Assembly: GCA_963783575.1 (NCBI GenBank)
Contig: CAWAOD010000015.1
Location: forward strand, 160,001 to 224,000
Direction of reading: 5' to 3'
DNA length: 64,000 nucleotides
Origin: an uncultured Spirochaetota bacterium
GTDB lineage: Bacteria; Spirochaetota; Brevinematia; Brevinematales; JAOACQ01
The position numbers and the translations under genes are program-made. Positions 1 to 10,352 of the stretch are shown here, in pieces (the first letter of the stretch is position 1; every line of letters starts with the position of its first letter). The notes beneath the pieces were generated by a model. The model did no database searches. It was not told the DNA's origin and saw nothing but the letters and a program-made list of their open reading frames with translations.

Positions 1-537
1 GCGGATGCCGCAAAAGAAACCGCAGATCTTATCGACAAGGCCGGGATAAGCGTCAACCATGGCGAAAAAATCGGCAAAGAAGTTCAGGATGTTCAATTAA
101 AAGCCGGCGAAATGGCGCAGAAGGTAGGAAATCTGCTTGACGAGGTGAACAGGGCGGCCAAAGAGGAATTAAAAGGGGCAAATCAGATAACAAAGGCCGT
201 AAGCCAGATCAATACAGTTGTCCAGGGAACCGCCGCCACTTCCGAAGAAAGCGCTTCCGCCGGAGAGGAACTTCTATCCCAGGCGGAAATGCTCAAGGGG
301 GTTGTTGTAAATCTTAATGAACTTGTTATGGGAAGCGAATCACAAAAAAAGGCTTTTGAAAAAAGGGAAATTAAAGATAATGAAAAAAAGGCTCCCGGGA
401 AAAGGGTTGAATTGATCAGCCGGAATACCGCGCCCAAACAGGAAGTACGGTCCATCCAGTTATCACATAAAGATGATGATGTGGAAATAATTAAGCCTGA
501 AGATAAAATACCTCTGCAGGATTTTAAGGACTTTTAG
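1..537 (+). CDS. Methyl-accepting chemotaxis protein, C-terminal part (5' end outside window)
   Basis: Frame open from base 1 (ADAAKETADLI...); MCP signalling/methylation motifs QITKAVSQINTVVQGTAATSEESASAGEEL. Confidence 0.9.
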   Translation, partial: ADAAKETADLIDKAGISVNHGEKIGKEVQDVQLKAGEMAQKVGNLLDEVNRAAKEELKGANQITKAVSQINTVVQGTAATSEESASAGEELLSQAEMLKGVVVNLNELVMGSESQKKAFEKREIKDNEKKAPGKRVELISRNTAPKQEVRSIQLSHKDDDVEIIKPEDKIPLQDFKDF

Positions 538-544
538 TAAGCTT

Positions 545-592
545 TTCGACCTGTCTGCCGTCTACCTGCCGGAGATCCCGGCGTAGGCAGGC
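545..592. repeat. REP-like palindromic repeat, copy 1
   Basis: ttcgacctgtctgccgtctacctgccggagatcccggcgtaggcaggc; 47/48 identical to 13579-13626; nested hairpin. Confidence 0.85.
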
Positions 593-618
593 TTTGACGA
601 ATGGGCAGCATTAAGCTG

Positions 619-661
619 CCTCAGGCGGAGACGGGTATCCCTGCCTTTGCCTGAGGTTTTT
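619..661 (+). terminator. Intrinsic terminator after MCP
   Basis: cctcaggc...gcctgagg stem followed by a T-run. Confidence 0.7.
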
Positions 662-672
662 GCTGCCGAACT

Positions 673-701
673 TTGACAATTCTTCAGAAAAAATGTAAAA
701 T
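673..701 (+). promoter_or_regulatory. Sigma70 promoter for the ABC-F leader
   Basis: TTGACA-17 bp-TAAAAT. Confidence 0.75.
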
Positions 702-720
702 AAAATAACTTTTCAAGAAC

Positions 721-828
721 AGGAGAGAAACAAGCGATGCAACAATAAACCTTTGTATACCTGGTTTAAAGGCATTTAAATGCCTTCTTATGTTATTTAA
801 GCCCGTATAATAAATTTTATCACGGGCA
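721..828 (+). promoter_or_regulatory. Putative ribosome-stalling attenuator: SD, uORF MQQ* (737-748) and hairpins
   Basis: AGGAGAG, 9 nt, ATG CAA CAA TAA; downstream stems aaggcattt/aaatgcctt and gcccgt/acgggc. Confidence 0.55.
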
Positions 829-850
829 TCGCCAGAGTATGGAGGATTGT

Positions 851-2470
851 ATGCCGCTTATTACGCTCCGATCAGTTTATTTTCATTATGATTCGACTTT
901 TAAAGAAATCTTTACGGGACTTGACCTGGCTATTGATACGTCCTGGAAAACCGGAATAGTAGGCAGAAACGGGTGCGGGAAAACTACGCTTCTTCGCCTG
1001 ATTTCGGGAAGCCTGGAGCCGGTTAATGGAAGCATAAATGTTCCTGTGAAGACCGCTTATTTTCCTTATTCTTTGCCTGATGAGTCGCTTTTTGTGTTTT
1101 CTGTCATAAAAAACTCGATTGCACCATATTCAGCCTGGGAAAAAGAAATGAATAGTTTACTTGAAAACGGAGATGGTGCAAGCATCGAACGCTACAATGA
1201 AGTTCTGGACATCTATTCTGAATCCGGGGGATATGAAATTGACGGCCTGATCGAAAAAGAAGGCAGAAAAATGGGGCTTGACCGTGATTTTATGGAAAGG
1301 GATTTCAGTAACTTAAACAGCGGAGAAAAAACCCGCTGCATGATTGTGGCTTTGTTTCTGAAGAGTAATTCCCTTCCTCTGCTGGATGAACCTGCCAACC
1401 ACCTGGATATGAAAGGCAGGGAAAAGCTTGGGGAATATTTAGCAAAACAGAAAGGATTCATCCTGGTTTCCCATGACCGTTATTTTCTGGATATCTGCCT
1501 GGACCATACCATTGCTATTGAGAAAGCCGGCGTCAGTATCTGCAAAGGGAATTATAGCCGGTGGAAAGAGAACCGTGATAGAATTGAAGCTTATGAAATT
1601 CGCAGGAATAAGAATATTAAAAGCGAATTGGTTCACCTGAAAGAATCCGCGGAAAAGAGGAGGAATTGGTCCCATGCCTCAGAAAAGGAAAAGACCGGCA
1701 AAGCCGGTCACAGTGGTTCAATAGACAAAGGCTACCTCAGCGCGGTATCATCAAGGATTATGAAACGTGCCGTTGTGATGGAAAACAGAATGGACAGGAT
1801 GATCGGTGAGAAAAAAAAACTCCTTAAAAATCTGGAGAAAAAAAGACATCTTAAATTGGACAGGATTGAATCCTGTCCGGATCTTCTTCTTCTGGCCGAT
1901 CATATCTCTGCCGGGTACGGAGAGAAACCGGTAATCCGGGACATTTCTTTGACAATCCGTCAAAATGACCGTCTGGCAGTCATCGGCGGCAACGGATCGG
2001 GTAAAACAACATTATTGAAATCCATGATGGGTAAAATACCGGTTTTATCTGGAAACGTTTACATTCCAGGACATATTAAGCTGGAAATACTTTCTCAAAA
2101 TCCCGAATGGACTGATAGCTATCTCGCGGACCGGCTGGAAATGGAAGGGATTGATCCCGTTAAATTCAGGAATATTGCCGCGTCGATGGGAATTTCCGGG
2201 GATATTTCCGGCAAGAAAATAGATGATTTCAGCGACGGTGAAAGAAAAAAAATTGAGCTCTGCCATTCTTTCTTAAAGCCTTTCCACCTGCTATTATGGG
2301 ATGAACCCCTAAACGGCATTGATCTTGCGGGGAGGGAACAGCTTGAGGAAGTGATTCTATTATATCGGCCGACGATGCTTTTCATTGAACACGACCGTTA
2401 TTTTGTCGAGAAAATCGCGACTGGTATTATTGAACTTGAAAATAATAAATATTTGAATTTCATTGCGTAA
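851..2470 (+). CDS. ABC-F ATPase, Lsa-like ribosomal protection family
   Basis: Two NBDs (GRNGCGKTT, LLDEPANHLD; GGNGSGKTT, LLWDEPLN), no TM segments, long linker with KGYLSAVSSRIMKRA; GGAGG SD favours ATG 851. Confidence 0.85.
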   Translation: MPLITLRSVYFHYDSTFKEIFTGLDLAIDTSWKTGIVGRNGCGKTTLLRLISGSLEPVNGSINVPVKTAYFPYSLPDESLFVFSVIKNSIAPYSAWEKEMNSLLENGDGASIERYNEVLDIYSESGGYEIDGLIEKEGRKMGLDRDFMERDFSNLNSGEKTRCMIVALFLKSNSLPLLDEPANHLDMKGREKLGEYLAKQKGFILVSHDRYFLDICLDHTIAIEKAGVSICKGNYSRWKENRDRIEAYEIRRNKNIKSELVHLKESAEKRRNWSHASEKEKTGKAGHSGSIDKGYLSAVSSRIMKRAVVMENRMDRMIGEKKKLLKNLEKKRHLKLDRIESCPDLLLLADHISAGYGEKPVIRDISLTIRQNDRLAVIGGNGSGKTTLLKSMMGKIPVLSGNVYIPGHIKLEILSQNPEWTDSYLADRLEMEGIDPVKFRNIAASMGISGDISGKKIDDFSDGERKKIELCHSFLKPFHLLLWDEPLNGIDLAGREQLEEVILLYRPTMLFIEHDRYFVEKIATGIIELENNKYLNFIA

Positions 2471-2756
2471 TAATGAGCTGAAGTATTATATATACTGTAT
2501 ATAGAAATCTAATTACAAAATAAAATCAGCTTCAAATGATATTCAATTAAAAACTGGTCAATAATTTCCCCTCCAGCGGAGGGGCTAGGAAATAACTTTT
2601 AGCAAGGAATCGCTCAAAAGATTCACCATGTGCCTGCCTTTGTCGATATTATAGAATAAAAAATAGTCTAAAGTCAGGTTGCCGGTTTACCGGTTAGTAG
2701 CTATTATTGATTTGTACCAAGCTTAATGACCGGCTTTTGTCAAAAGGGAGGATTTC

Positions 2757-3392
2757 ATGAAAATAATGGAAAATGTTTATGCGCTGGATTCTACCGGAGG
2801 TTCTTACTGCTATATTATCAGGAATGGCGAAACAATCCTTATCGATACCTGCTTCCCGGGAAAAGGTAAAGCCATTCTGGCCGAACTCAAATCTATGGGA
2901 ATTGAACCGGCTGATGTTAAACATATTTTTATTACTCACAATGACATCGATCATATCGGCAACGCCTCGATGCTTCAGAAGGCGACAAACGCGCTTCTAT
3001 GGGCTTCGAAGGAAGATATTCCTTATATAAATGGAGAAATAAAGCGGCCGGGAACAAAGAAAATTTTATCAACCCTGATAAAAATTGAGGTACCCGAGAA
3101 ACTTAATCCTTATCCTGAAAATCAAAAAATCGGCGATATTCAAATAATTCCGACACCGGGGCATACTCCGGGGCATGTGTGCCTTCTTTACAGGAATGTG
3201 CTTTTTGCCGGCGATCTTGTTGTCGGATCAAAAGGGAAATTGATGCCTTCTCCGTGGTTTATGACCTGGAATAAAAATATCTTAAGGGAATCAATAGAAA
3301 AAATGGCCGGTTATTCTTTCAAATGGGTTTGCCCCGCGCATGGCAAGCCCATCGAAAGAGGCGATTTATGGGAAAAAATATATAAACAATAA
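2757..3392 (+). CDS. MBL-fold metallo-hydrolase
   Basis: THNDIDHIG, TPGHTPGH, FAGD, PAHG motifs. Confidence 0.9.
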   Translation: MKIMENVYALDSTGGSYCYIIRNGETILIDTCFPGKGKAILAELKSMGIEPADVKHIFITHNDIDHIGNASMLQKATNALLWASKEDIPYINGEIKRPGTKKILSTLIKIEVPEKLNPYPENQKIGDIQIIPTPGHTPGHVCLLYRNVLFAGDLVVGSKGKLMPSPWFMTWNKNILRESIEKMAGYSFKWVCPAHGKPIERGDLWEKIYKQ

Positions 3393-3431
3393 AGGGAATT
3401 ACAAAATACATCCTCGCCGGTTATGTTTTCT

Positions 3432-4979
3432 TTACTTTTCCATTGTTCCGGTAAGCTCCTGCCGCCATTCTCCAATCGTCGATTCTACCGTCATTCTGAG
3501 TATGTCTTGATCAAATTGGAATGTCAACCGAATTTTACTGCTGTCAACCCAGGGTCTGTAAAATTCCATTTCAAAAGTATTTTCACCGGTCCATTTACCG
3601 CGATAAAACTCCTTATTATTTAAATCATTTTCTAATCTATTTTCACGGTATTTCCCATCCAATCCGACTTGAAATTTGTACTCGCTATATGAATATTCTT
3701 CTTTACATATACATTCACTGGAACCATTGAAATTCATGATGATGGTTTTCATATTCCAAGGATTTGAATCAAGAATATATTTTTTACCGGAAATTTTATT
3801 CGCCATTTCAGGAACAGTAAAATTCATATCATTTGTTGGATTCTCAAAATTTCGGATATTAGCTGCAAGTTCCGCATTTTGTGAAATGTTTTCAGGAATA
3901 CTGCCGCTTGAAACAATAGATTTGTTTATATATTCTTCAGTCAGATTACTCAAAATCTGCCAATGAATTTTATTATCAATAGAGGCAGTAATTACGACCA
4001 CCATATCCCTTTCAGGCACCACCATTATTTGCTGGCCGCAATAGCCATCCGCCGTAAATCCGCCAAAAGGCAGCCCCCACCACAGGAATCCATAACCCTG
4101 GTCCGGTATAGCTCCCATTGATACTTTAATATGCTCGGTCATGGATTTTAAAACCCAATCGGAGGGTACAACCTGTTTCCCATTCCAATTTCCTTTTTTT
4201 AAATATAGATAACCGAACCTGGCCATTTCCATTGGAGTCATCGCCAGTCCCCATCCTCCGATATAAACTCCCTGCGAATCCATCTGCCAATAGTAATTGG
4301 TAATACCGATCGGTTTGAAGAGAAATTTATCGGCAAACCACCTATTTTCTATGCCGCTGGTTTTTTGTATAATAGCCATAAGAAGGTTTACTCCTCCGGA
4401 ATTATAATTAAAAAATTCACCTGGCTGCTTTTTCACAGGGAGGTCAAGGAAATATTGCGTCCAGCTGATGGATTTCATATAATCATCAATATTCGAGTCC
4501 CAGATACCCCATTCGATACCCGAACTCATTGTAAGCAGGTGTTCAATTGTTATCTGCCGTTTATTATCATCCATATTTTTTATTTTCTGATCGGAAAAGA
4601 TATCAACGACCTTTTGATCCAGACTTTTAATATAGCCTTCTCTTATCGCGATTCCGACAAGGGATGATGTGAAGCTCTTTGTGCCTGAATGAAGGGTATG
4701 CAAAACATCCTTTCCGAAAGGTTCCGCGTAAGCTTCCATAACGACATAGCCATGCCGGATAATAATTATGCTGTGTACATTCATATCATTCGATTGAATA
4801 TCATTCAAAAGCTTAACAAGATACCCCGAATCCATACCCTGCGCTTCCAGAGTGGAAGTCCGCCAGGTTTCGGCAGGCCAGTATTCACTTGTATCGGTAG
4901 CATGGATAGGCATAACAAAAAAAACGAAAAAACCTAATATCAGAATTATTTTCGGGGTCTTACTTCTGAATGTTTTCAT
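3432..4979 (-). CDS. Secreted serine hydrolase, beta-lactamase/class C-like family, with C-terminal extra domain
   Basis: Signal peptide; SxxK (HSGTKS), LLTMSSG, YNS, GYGFLWW, ADG motifs. Confidence 0.85.
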   Translation of the reverse strand: MKTFRSKTPKIILILGFFVFFVMPIHATDTSEYWPAETWRTSTLEAQGMDSGYLVKLLNDIQSNDMNVHSIIIIRHGYVVMEAYAEPFGKDVLHTLHSGTKSFTSSLVGIAIREGYIKSLDQKVVDIFSDQKIKNMDDNKRQITIEHLLTMSSGIEWGIWDSNIDDYMKSISWTQYFLDLPVKKQPGEFFNYNSGGVNLLMAIIQKTSGIENRWFADKFLFKPIGITNYYWQMDSQGVYIGGWGLAMTPMEMARFGYLYLKKGNWNGKQVVPSDWVLKSMTEHIKVSMGAIPDQGYGFLWWGLPFGGFTADGYCGQQIMVVPERDMVVVITASIDNKIHWQILSNLTEEYINKSIVSSGSIPENISQNAELAANIRNFENPTNDMNFTVPEMANKISGKKYILDSNPWNMKTIIMNFNGSSECICKEEYSYSEYKFQVGLDGKYRENRLENDLNNKEFYRGKWTGENTFEMEFYRPWVDSSKIRLTFQFDQDILRMTVESTIGEWRQELTGTMEK

Positions 4980-5109
4980 GTTTTTATCCCTCCAATCAGG
5001 TGAACTGGAGCGTTGCGCAAATACAGCTTTTAACCCGGCAAACCAACTAACAATGGGAACAAGGATGTTCCATGAGAGCTGCTGTTTAAGTCATATAGAC
5101 TGCCGAGCA

Positions 5110-6606
5110 TCAGCTATGCGGCGCAAGGATTGCGCTAAGTACTACTTTTACCTTCATATTGACGCCCTTCGGAAGAGTAATATAGCATTCCTTTGCATTG
5201 AAATTCTTCCATTCTTTACCATCGATTTCAACCTTTTTCAGGATCACATTCCGGTCTTCTACAGGTTTGACATAGTGCTTTTCTCCTGCACGATCCGTAC
5301 TTAACCTGAAATAAATCTCCGCATCCGTCTTCCGGACATAAAAACTCAGGTAAAGATAATTGAACGGGGCATGTTCCATTGTATGGTATGCTGATTTATA
5401 GAGGTTGCCTTTCGGCTGAGTAGCGCTGCTTTCACCGTCTCTGGCTGTTGAATTAACATCTTTATATTTATGATCCAGCATATATGTATCCCAGAAATAA
5501 GCGGTTTCCTTGAATTTCTGCAGGTATTCCTGATTTGCGGTTAAATGGTAAAGGTTCAGCATCAAAAAGTTGCCTTCGGTCTGGGTCCACCAGTCCTTAT
5601 AATCCCAGGTGAACTCGGGTCTTGTTGAAATAAACTGGTATATCCATCCCCAATACCTCTTATCCCAAAATCTTTTCAATTGTACATCCGCTATTCCAAG
5701 GGCTGCATTAGCATAATTTGTATTCCCTGTAAGCCAGTAAATGCGCATTAAAACCCAGCCGGTTTTAAGGTTATGCCCGACTATCAAATTCGATTCAACG
5801 GAGAACCAGTTTTCACCGAATCTCTCCCCGACAAAACCGGTTTCGGGATCTATCATATGATTTATAACAACATTAGCAACATTTGTCAGGTCTATTAAAA
5901 GTCTGTTGTCCCTTGTCGCAAGGTAATAATAAATAAGATAAGCGGTACAAGTGTCGATTTGGGAATTGAAAGATTTCTCGAAACTGGTCTTCATCCAGTT
6001 TGTGCTGACCATGGCGTAATAACCTCCGCGATTTGTATCCCATGCCCTGTTATCAATCAAATAATGAGTTTTTTCCACATAGGATAGCGCATTTTTGTCG
6101 CCTGTAACGAAATAATAAATAGTAGGGCCGAGATTCCCGTATGTTTCATCGAAAAGATTCTTATTTAAAACATTGCTAATTGTGTTATTGGTATGAATAT
6201 ATTCATGCCAGCCTCCGTTTACCCTGTCCCATCCGTAATTCGTTAGATAATCCAGTCCGTATCCGGCATATTCAAGATATTTATCGTCTCCGGATAAAAG
6301 ATAAGCCGTGCTGAAGCCGTAAACAATCCTGGACAGCATCCTTGGATACTTCCCGATTTCCGGGTCAACGGTACCGTCGAACATAACATCGGTAAAATAT
6401 CCCCCGTTTTTTTTATCCCTTGTTTTCTCCCAGAATGGTATGATATCATTGAGCGCCTGCTGTTTCCAGTAATTCGGGTTTAAATAAATATCCAGGTCGG
6501 CGTTTTTCCTTTTATTAAAATCATAGCCGTAAGTTTCAAATGAGCATGAAGAGATATTACCAAAAAAGATAACTGCTGTGATAATCAGAAAACATTTTCT
6601 TTTCAT
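5110..6606 (-). CDS. AGE-family epimerase/isomerase (cellobiose 2-epimerase-like), predicted lipoprotein
   Basis: IIPFW..DKKNGGYF, RIVYGFS, GHNLKTGW, DWWTQTE, KSAYH; N-terminal MKRK-hydrophobic-SSC. Confidence 0.8.
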   Translation of the reverse strand: MKRKCFLIITAVIFFGNISSCSFETYGYDFNKRKNADLDIYLNPNYWKQQALNDIIPFWEKTRDKKNGGYFTDVMFDGTVDPEIGKYPRMLSRIVYGFSTAYLLSGDDKYLEYAGYGLDYLTNYGWDRVNGGWHEYIHTNNTISNVLNKNLFDETYGNLGPTIYYFVTGDKNALSYVEKTHYLIDNRAWDTNRGGYYAMVSTNWMKTSFEKSFNSQIDTCTAYLIYYYLATRDNRLLIDLTNVANVVINHMIDPETGFVGERFGENWFSVESNLIVGHNLKTGWVLMRIYWLTGNTNYANAALGIADVQLKRFWDKRYWGWIYQFISTRPEFTWDYKDWWTQTEGNFLMLNLYHLTANQEYLQKFKETAYFWDTYMLDHKYKDVNSTARDGESSATQPKGNLYKSAYHTMEHAPFNYLYLSFYVRKTDAEIYFRLSTDRAGEKHYVKPVEDRNVILKKVEIDGKEWKNFNAKECYITLPKGVNMKVKVVLSAILAPHS

Positions 6607-6618
6607 AATGAGCCCTCC

Positions 6619-8740
6619 TCAACTTTTTAAGCCTGATGTTAAGCTTTCGATAAACTGGCGCTGAAATTTTATAAAAAATGCTAAAGGCACAATAATGGTA
6701 ATAAAACCCGCTGCCAGAAGTGTGCTGGCATTCCCGTAGATACCCCCTCCAATTATCATTATCTTAAGCGGTAGTGTGAATAATTTTTCGTTTCTTAAAA
6801 TAACAATCGGCAATAAGAAGTCATTCCATACGGCCCGGAATTGTATAATTGCGAGTGTAGCCATGGCGGGTTTTGCCAGAGGCAAAACCACATGCCACCA
6901 TGTTTGAAAGTGGCTGGCCCCATCCATCCTGGCCGATTCGATAAATGAAGTTGGTATTTTGATAAAATACTGGCGCAGGAGAAAAATACCGAGCCCTGAT
7001 ATTGAGCTGTACAAAATCAAACCAAACCAGTTATTTAAAAGGTTTAAGTTACTCATTACTTTATAAATAGAAACAATCAGTGTATTTGTCGGGATCATCA
7101 TAGTGCCGATTGCCAAAAAAAAGAAAAAGTTTTTGCCCGGATACTTGATAAATGCAAAGGCATAGGCGCATAGTGAGCATATTGCCAGTGTTAATAAAAT
7201 TGTGGAGACGGTAATAAAAAGTGAATTCATCATTGCCCGGCCTATATTCCAATAAAGGAAAATTGAAAGATAAGCGTCTCTTGTATATGTTCTCACAGCC
7301 TCCCATATTGGTTTTTGAAACATTATTGGAGGAGTCTGCAATACTTCCAGTGAAGGCCTTAAGGAAGCGTCAAAAAGCCAGACTAAAGGATATAGAAATA
7401 TCACCGCCAAGATACTTAACAGGGCGGCGGTTATGACAGGCCTTAACCTGATTCTATTCCTTACTTTTACTATTTTTGCCGTTAATATTGAATGTACCTT
7501 TTCCAGAGACGGTTTTTCCAGGAAATAATATGATATGGTCGCTACGATATATGAAACAACCACAAGAACTGTTGACGCCTCAAACCATTCTTTCCAATCT
7601 TTTAGGTAAAATGAATAGGCATAGTTGTTAAACCAAAACAAGCTGATAAGTTGCAGCACCAGCCAATGCCATATATAAAGCCCGAATGATATTTTGGCGG
7701 TAAATCTAAAGAACCGGTTGTCCATAAACTTCCCCGTCCATTTTGAGTGGGCGAGCGATACAAGAAGGCCGGCTATTAAGATTGTCAGAAACGGGAAATA
7801 ATAAGGCTGATGCTGAAGACTGAAGCCGAATTCTTTAACATACTTCATATTCCATAAAAGAAGGATGATTGAGATAATGAAAATAATTGAAAGTATGTCA
7901 AAACCGTTTTTTTTATAAAATCTTTCTTTAATTTCCGAAGGCTGTATTAAGCGTAAAGTAAATCCGGCGGCCATAATCCCTAAGGCGAATTGCCCGAAAA
8001 ATCCTATTGGATTGTAATTCGGCATCCAGCTTTTACTTCCCCCGGCAAGCCCGAATTCCCATCCCTTCCTGATATTGTCAGGTGTTAAAAACTGATGAAT
8101 TAATCCGTTTACCCCGATCACAAAGATTTCAACACCAACCCAGAAAAAGAATCGCTTTCAGGAAAGACCTTTTTTTTCCGGTGAAAAAGAATAATACGGC
8201 CATAAACAAAGGGAGAAGGAAATAACAAAAAACTTCAAAGCTAATAGACCATAACGGGCTGTCAAGTATTGACGGGAAAAGTGTCGTATAGTGAAATCCT
8301 GATGTAAAGGTAAGACCGGTTAAGAGCTTTCGCCAGAAATATTCCATTTTTGGTACTGGTGCATTAATCATATATGAATTGGGCAACAGCACGAATGACA
8401 GCACTAAAGCGGTAAAAAAAGCTGCATAATAACCCGGCATTATTCTGGCCGCCCTTCTTAAAAAGAAATTCTTCAGGCTTGGGAAAGTGCCGTTATAAAG
8501 ATATTGTTTCCAGAATGGATAAGCCAGAAGATACCCGCTCAATACGAAAAAGAAGCTTACACCGCTATTGCCGAGTAAAAAAAATGCAATGATATTCTGT
8601 AAAAAATCCGGCTGGGGCATTCTATCTATACGCTGAGCCATATGGTGGCATATGACAAGCAAACATGCTATAGCTCTAACGCCATCAGCTCCTGCAAGAG
8701 TATTTGTTTGTTTTACTGCCGAAATATTCTGATTATTCAC
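6619..8740 (-). CDS. Acyltransferase-3 (OafA-like) fused to carbohydrate ABC permease (MalG-like); 1-bp frameshift near 8146
   Basis: GADGVRAIACLLVICHH, GVSFFFVLSGY, RRAARIMP, WSISFE, ISFGLYIWHW, SYYFLEKP, then permease with ESARMDGA; GTG start 8740 with AGGAGG; removing one T from a T5 run joins ORFs 8129-8815 and 6619-8121. Confidence 0.75.
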
Positions 8741-8760
8741 TTTTTTCCTCCTTAATATTC

Positions 8761-8856
8761 TCCCCTCCAGTAGGAGGGGATTGGGGGTCGTCTCGTTCCC
8801 GAGTTTACAGCACACTATCGAGGGAACCCACCCCTATCCCCTCCGAGGAAGGGGAA
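8761..8856. repeat. REP-like pair of CCCCTCC..GGAGGGG hairpins between the permease genes
   Basis: tcccctccagtaggagggga and tcccctccgaggaagggga; related hairpin at about 2567-2585. Confidence 0.6.
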
Positions 8857-8869
8857 ATAATAGCCGTAT

Positions 8870-9805
8870 TTATTCTTCACCGGTTTTACCCAGGCCGAGA
8901 AAACGGATTTGTAATATACTAACGGCAAATATGAGCAGGAAAGCTACCCATCCTGCCGCCGATCCCCAAGCCAGGTTAAAATTATAGGTTAAAGATGAAC
9001 TGACTATATAAACCATCATTGACAGAGTATGTTTTGAATAGAGGCCGAGCACTACAACCAGGTCGAACAGCATTAAAAAGCTGATCGCTGAAATTACGAT
9101 GATAAAAGTGAACGCAGGACGCATTAAGGGAATTGTTATTTTAAAAAAAATCTGTCTGGGTGAAGCTCCGTCCATTCTTGCCGCTTCGTATAGCGATTGA
9201 TCGATTGTCTGAAGACTGGCCAGAAAATAAACGGATTGAAACCCGATCCACTGCCAGAATGTAATAATAACAATCATTGGGAAATGGAGTTCTTTGTTTC
9301 TAAACCATAGAAATTGATGCGGCAGGTGTAATAATTTCAGGAACCAGTTTACCATCCCCGGGTCTCCACCAAAAAGAGATCCGAAAAGCACGCCCGCTAC
9401 TACGGAAGCAATCAAATATGGTATAAAGAAAGCTGCTCTAAGCCACATCCTCCATCTTTTAAAAGGAATATTGTTTAAAATGTTTGCTAAAATAAATGCT
9501 ATGGGAATCTGTGTTATAATGCAGATTGCAGCATACTTAAAAGTTATGTATACAGTATACCAAAATTCCTTATTTGTTAAAACCCCCACAAAGTTTGTTA
9601 AGCCGATAAATTTTGCCGGGTTAACCCCATAAGCATCCGTGAGGCTGATCAGGAAATTGTTGATAAAAACCCAGACAATGAAAACGATCATCAATATAAA
9701 AAAAGGAGCCATAAAAGCGTAACCGATTATCAAATCTTCTCTTTTTGTCTTTGGAATGATAAGGAATGAACTTTTGATTTTTGTTATCAAGTTTTGGCCA
9801 GCCAT
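8870..9805 (-). CDS. Carbohydrate ABC transporter permease (MalF-like)
   Basis: Multiple TM segments, FIGLTNF, EAA motif LYEAARMDGA. Confidence 0.9.
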   Translation of the reverse strand: MAGQNLITKIKSSFLIIPKTKREDLIIGYAFMAPFFILMIVFIVWVFINNFLISLTDAYGVNPAKFIGLTNFVGVLTNKEFWYTVYITFKYAAICIITQIPIAFILANILNNIPFKRWRMWLRAAFFIPYLIASVVAGVLFGSLFGGDPGMVNWFLKLLHLPHQFLWFRNKELHFPMIVIITFWQWIGFQSVYFLASLQTIDQSLYEAARMDGASPRQIFFKITIPLMRPAFTFIIVISAISFLMLFDLVVVLGLYSKHTLSMMVYIVSSSLTYNFNLAWGSAAGWVAFLLIFAVSILQIRFLGLGKTGEE

Positions 9806-10352
9806 TTATTTTCTCCTTCTCTTTAAATTTCAGACTAATATCTTTTCAATATTTGAATAAGATTGCAGATATTTTAATGTGCATAATATTTAGGATCAAT
9901 AGTCCAATAAGCTCATTTTTTAAAATATTAGGGATAGGAATAACAGACTACTATAACCTTCAAGAAATAACATATTAATAAATAATTTTCCTGATAATAA
10001 AGCTATTGTTCAAACTGATACTTCCTCACAGATTTACCGCGGGATAGTTTTTTAACCAAATTTTTAATATTAATCAGACAAAATTATGATATTTTATAAT
10101 GTATTATAACAGAAATCAATAAATTATAATAATTTATTATATTATAAATAATTTATCAAATAAAATTATTTTATGGTTAATTAATAAAATATTATTTTGA
10201 ATTTTATTTGGAAAAACATTGATATTTGTTTTATTGAAGAAATCTTAATTTATGTAAGATTTATAAAGGCTGAATCCCTTGCAAAATGTTTTCAATATAT
10301 ATAAAATATTTACAGTAATGTTGTTATATTTCAAAAGAAAGGAGGAAATATT

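Noticed and set aside
8741..8815. N-terminal extension MCCKLGNETTPNPLLLEG of the acyltransferase
   Set aside because: Translation of a REP-like hairpin; GTG at 8740 has a strong SD
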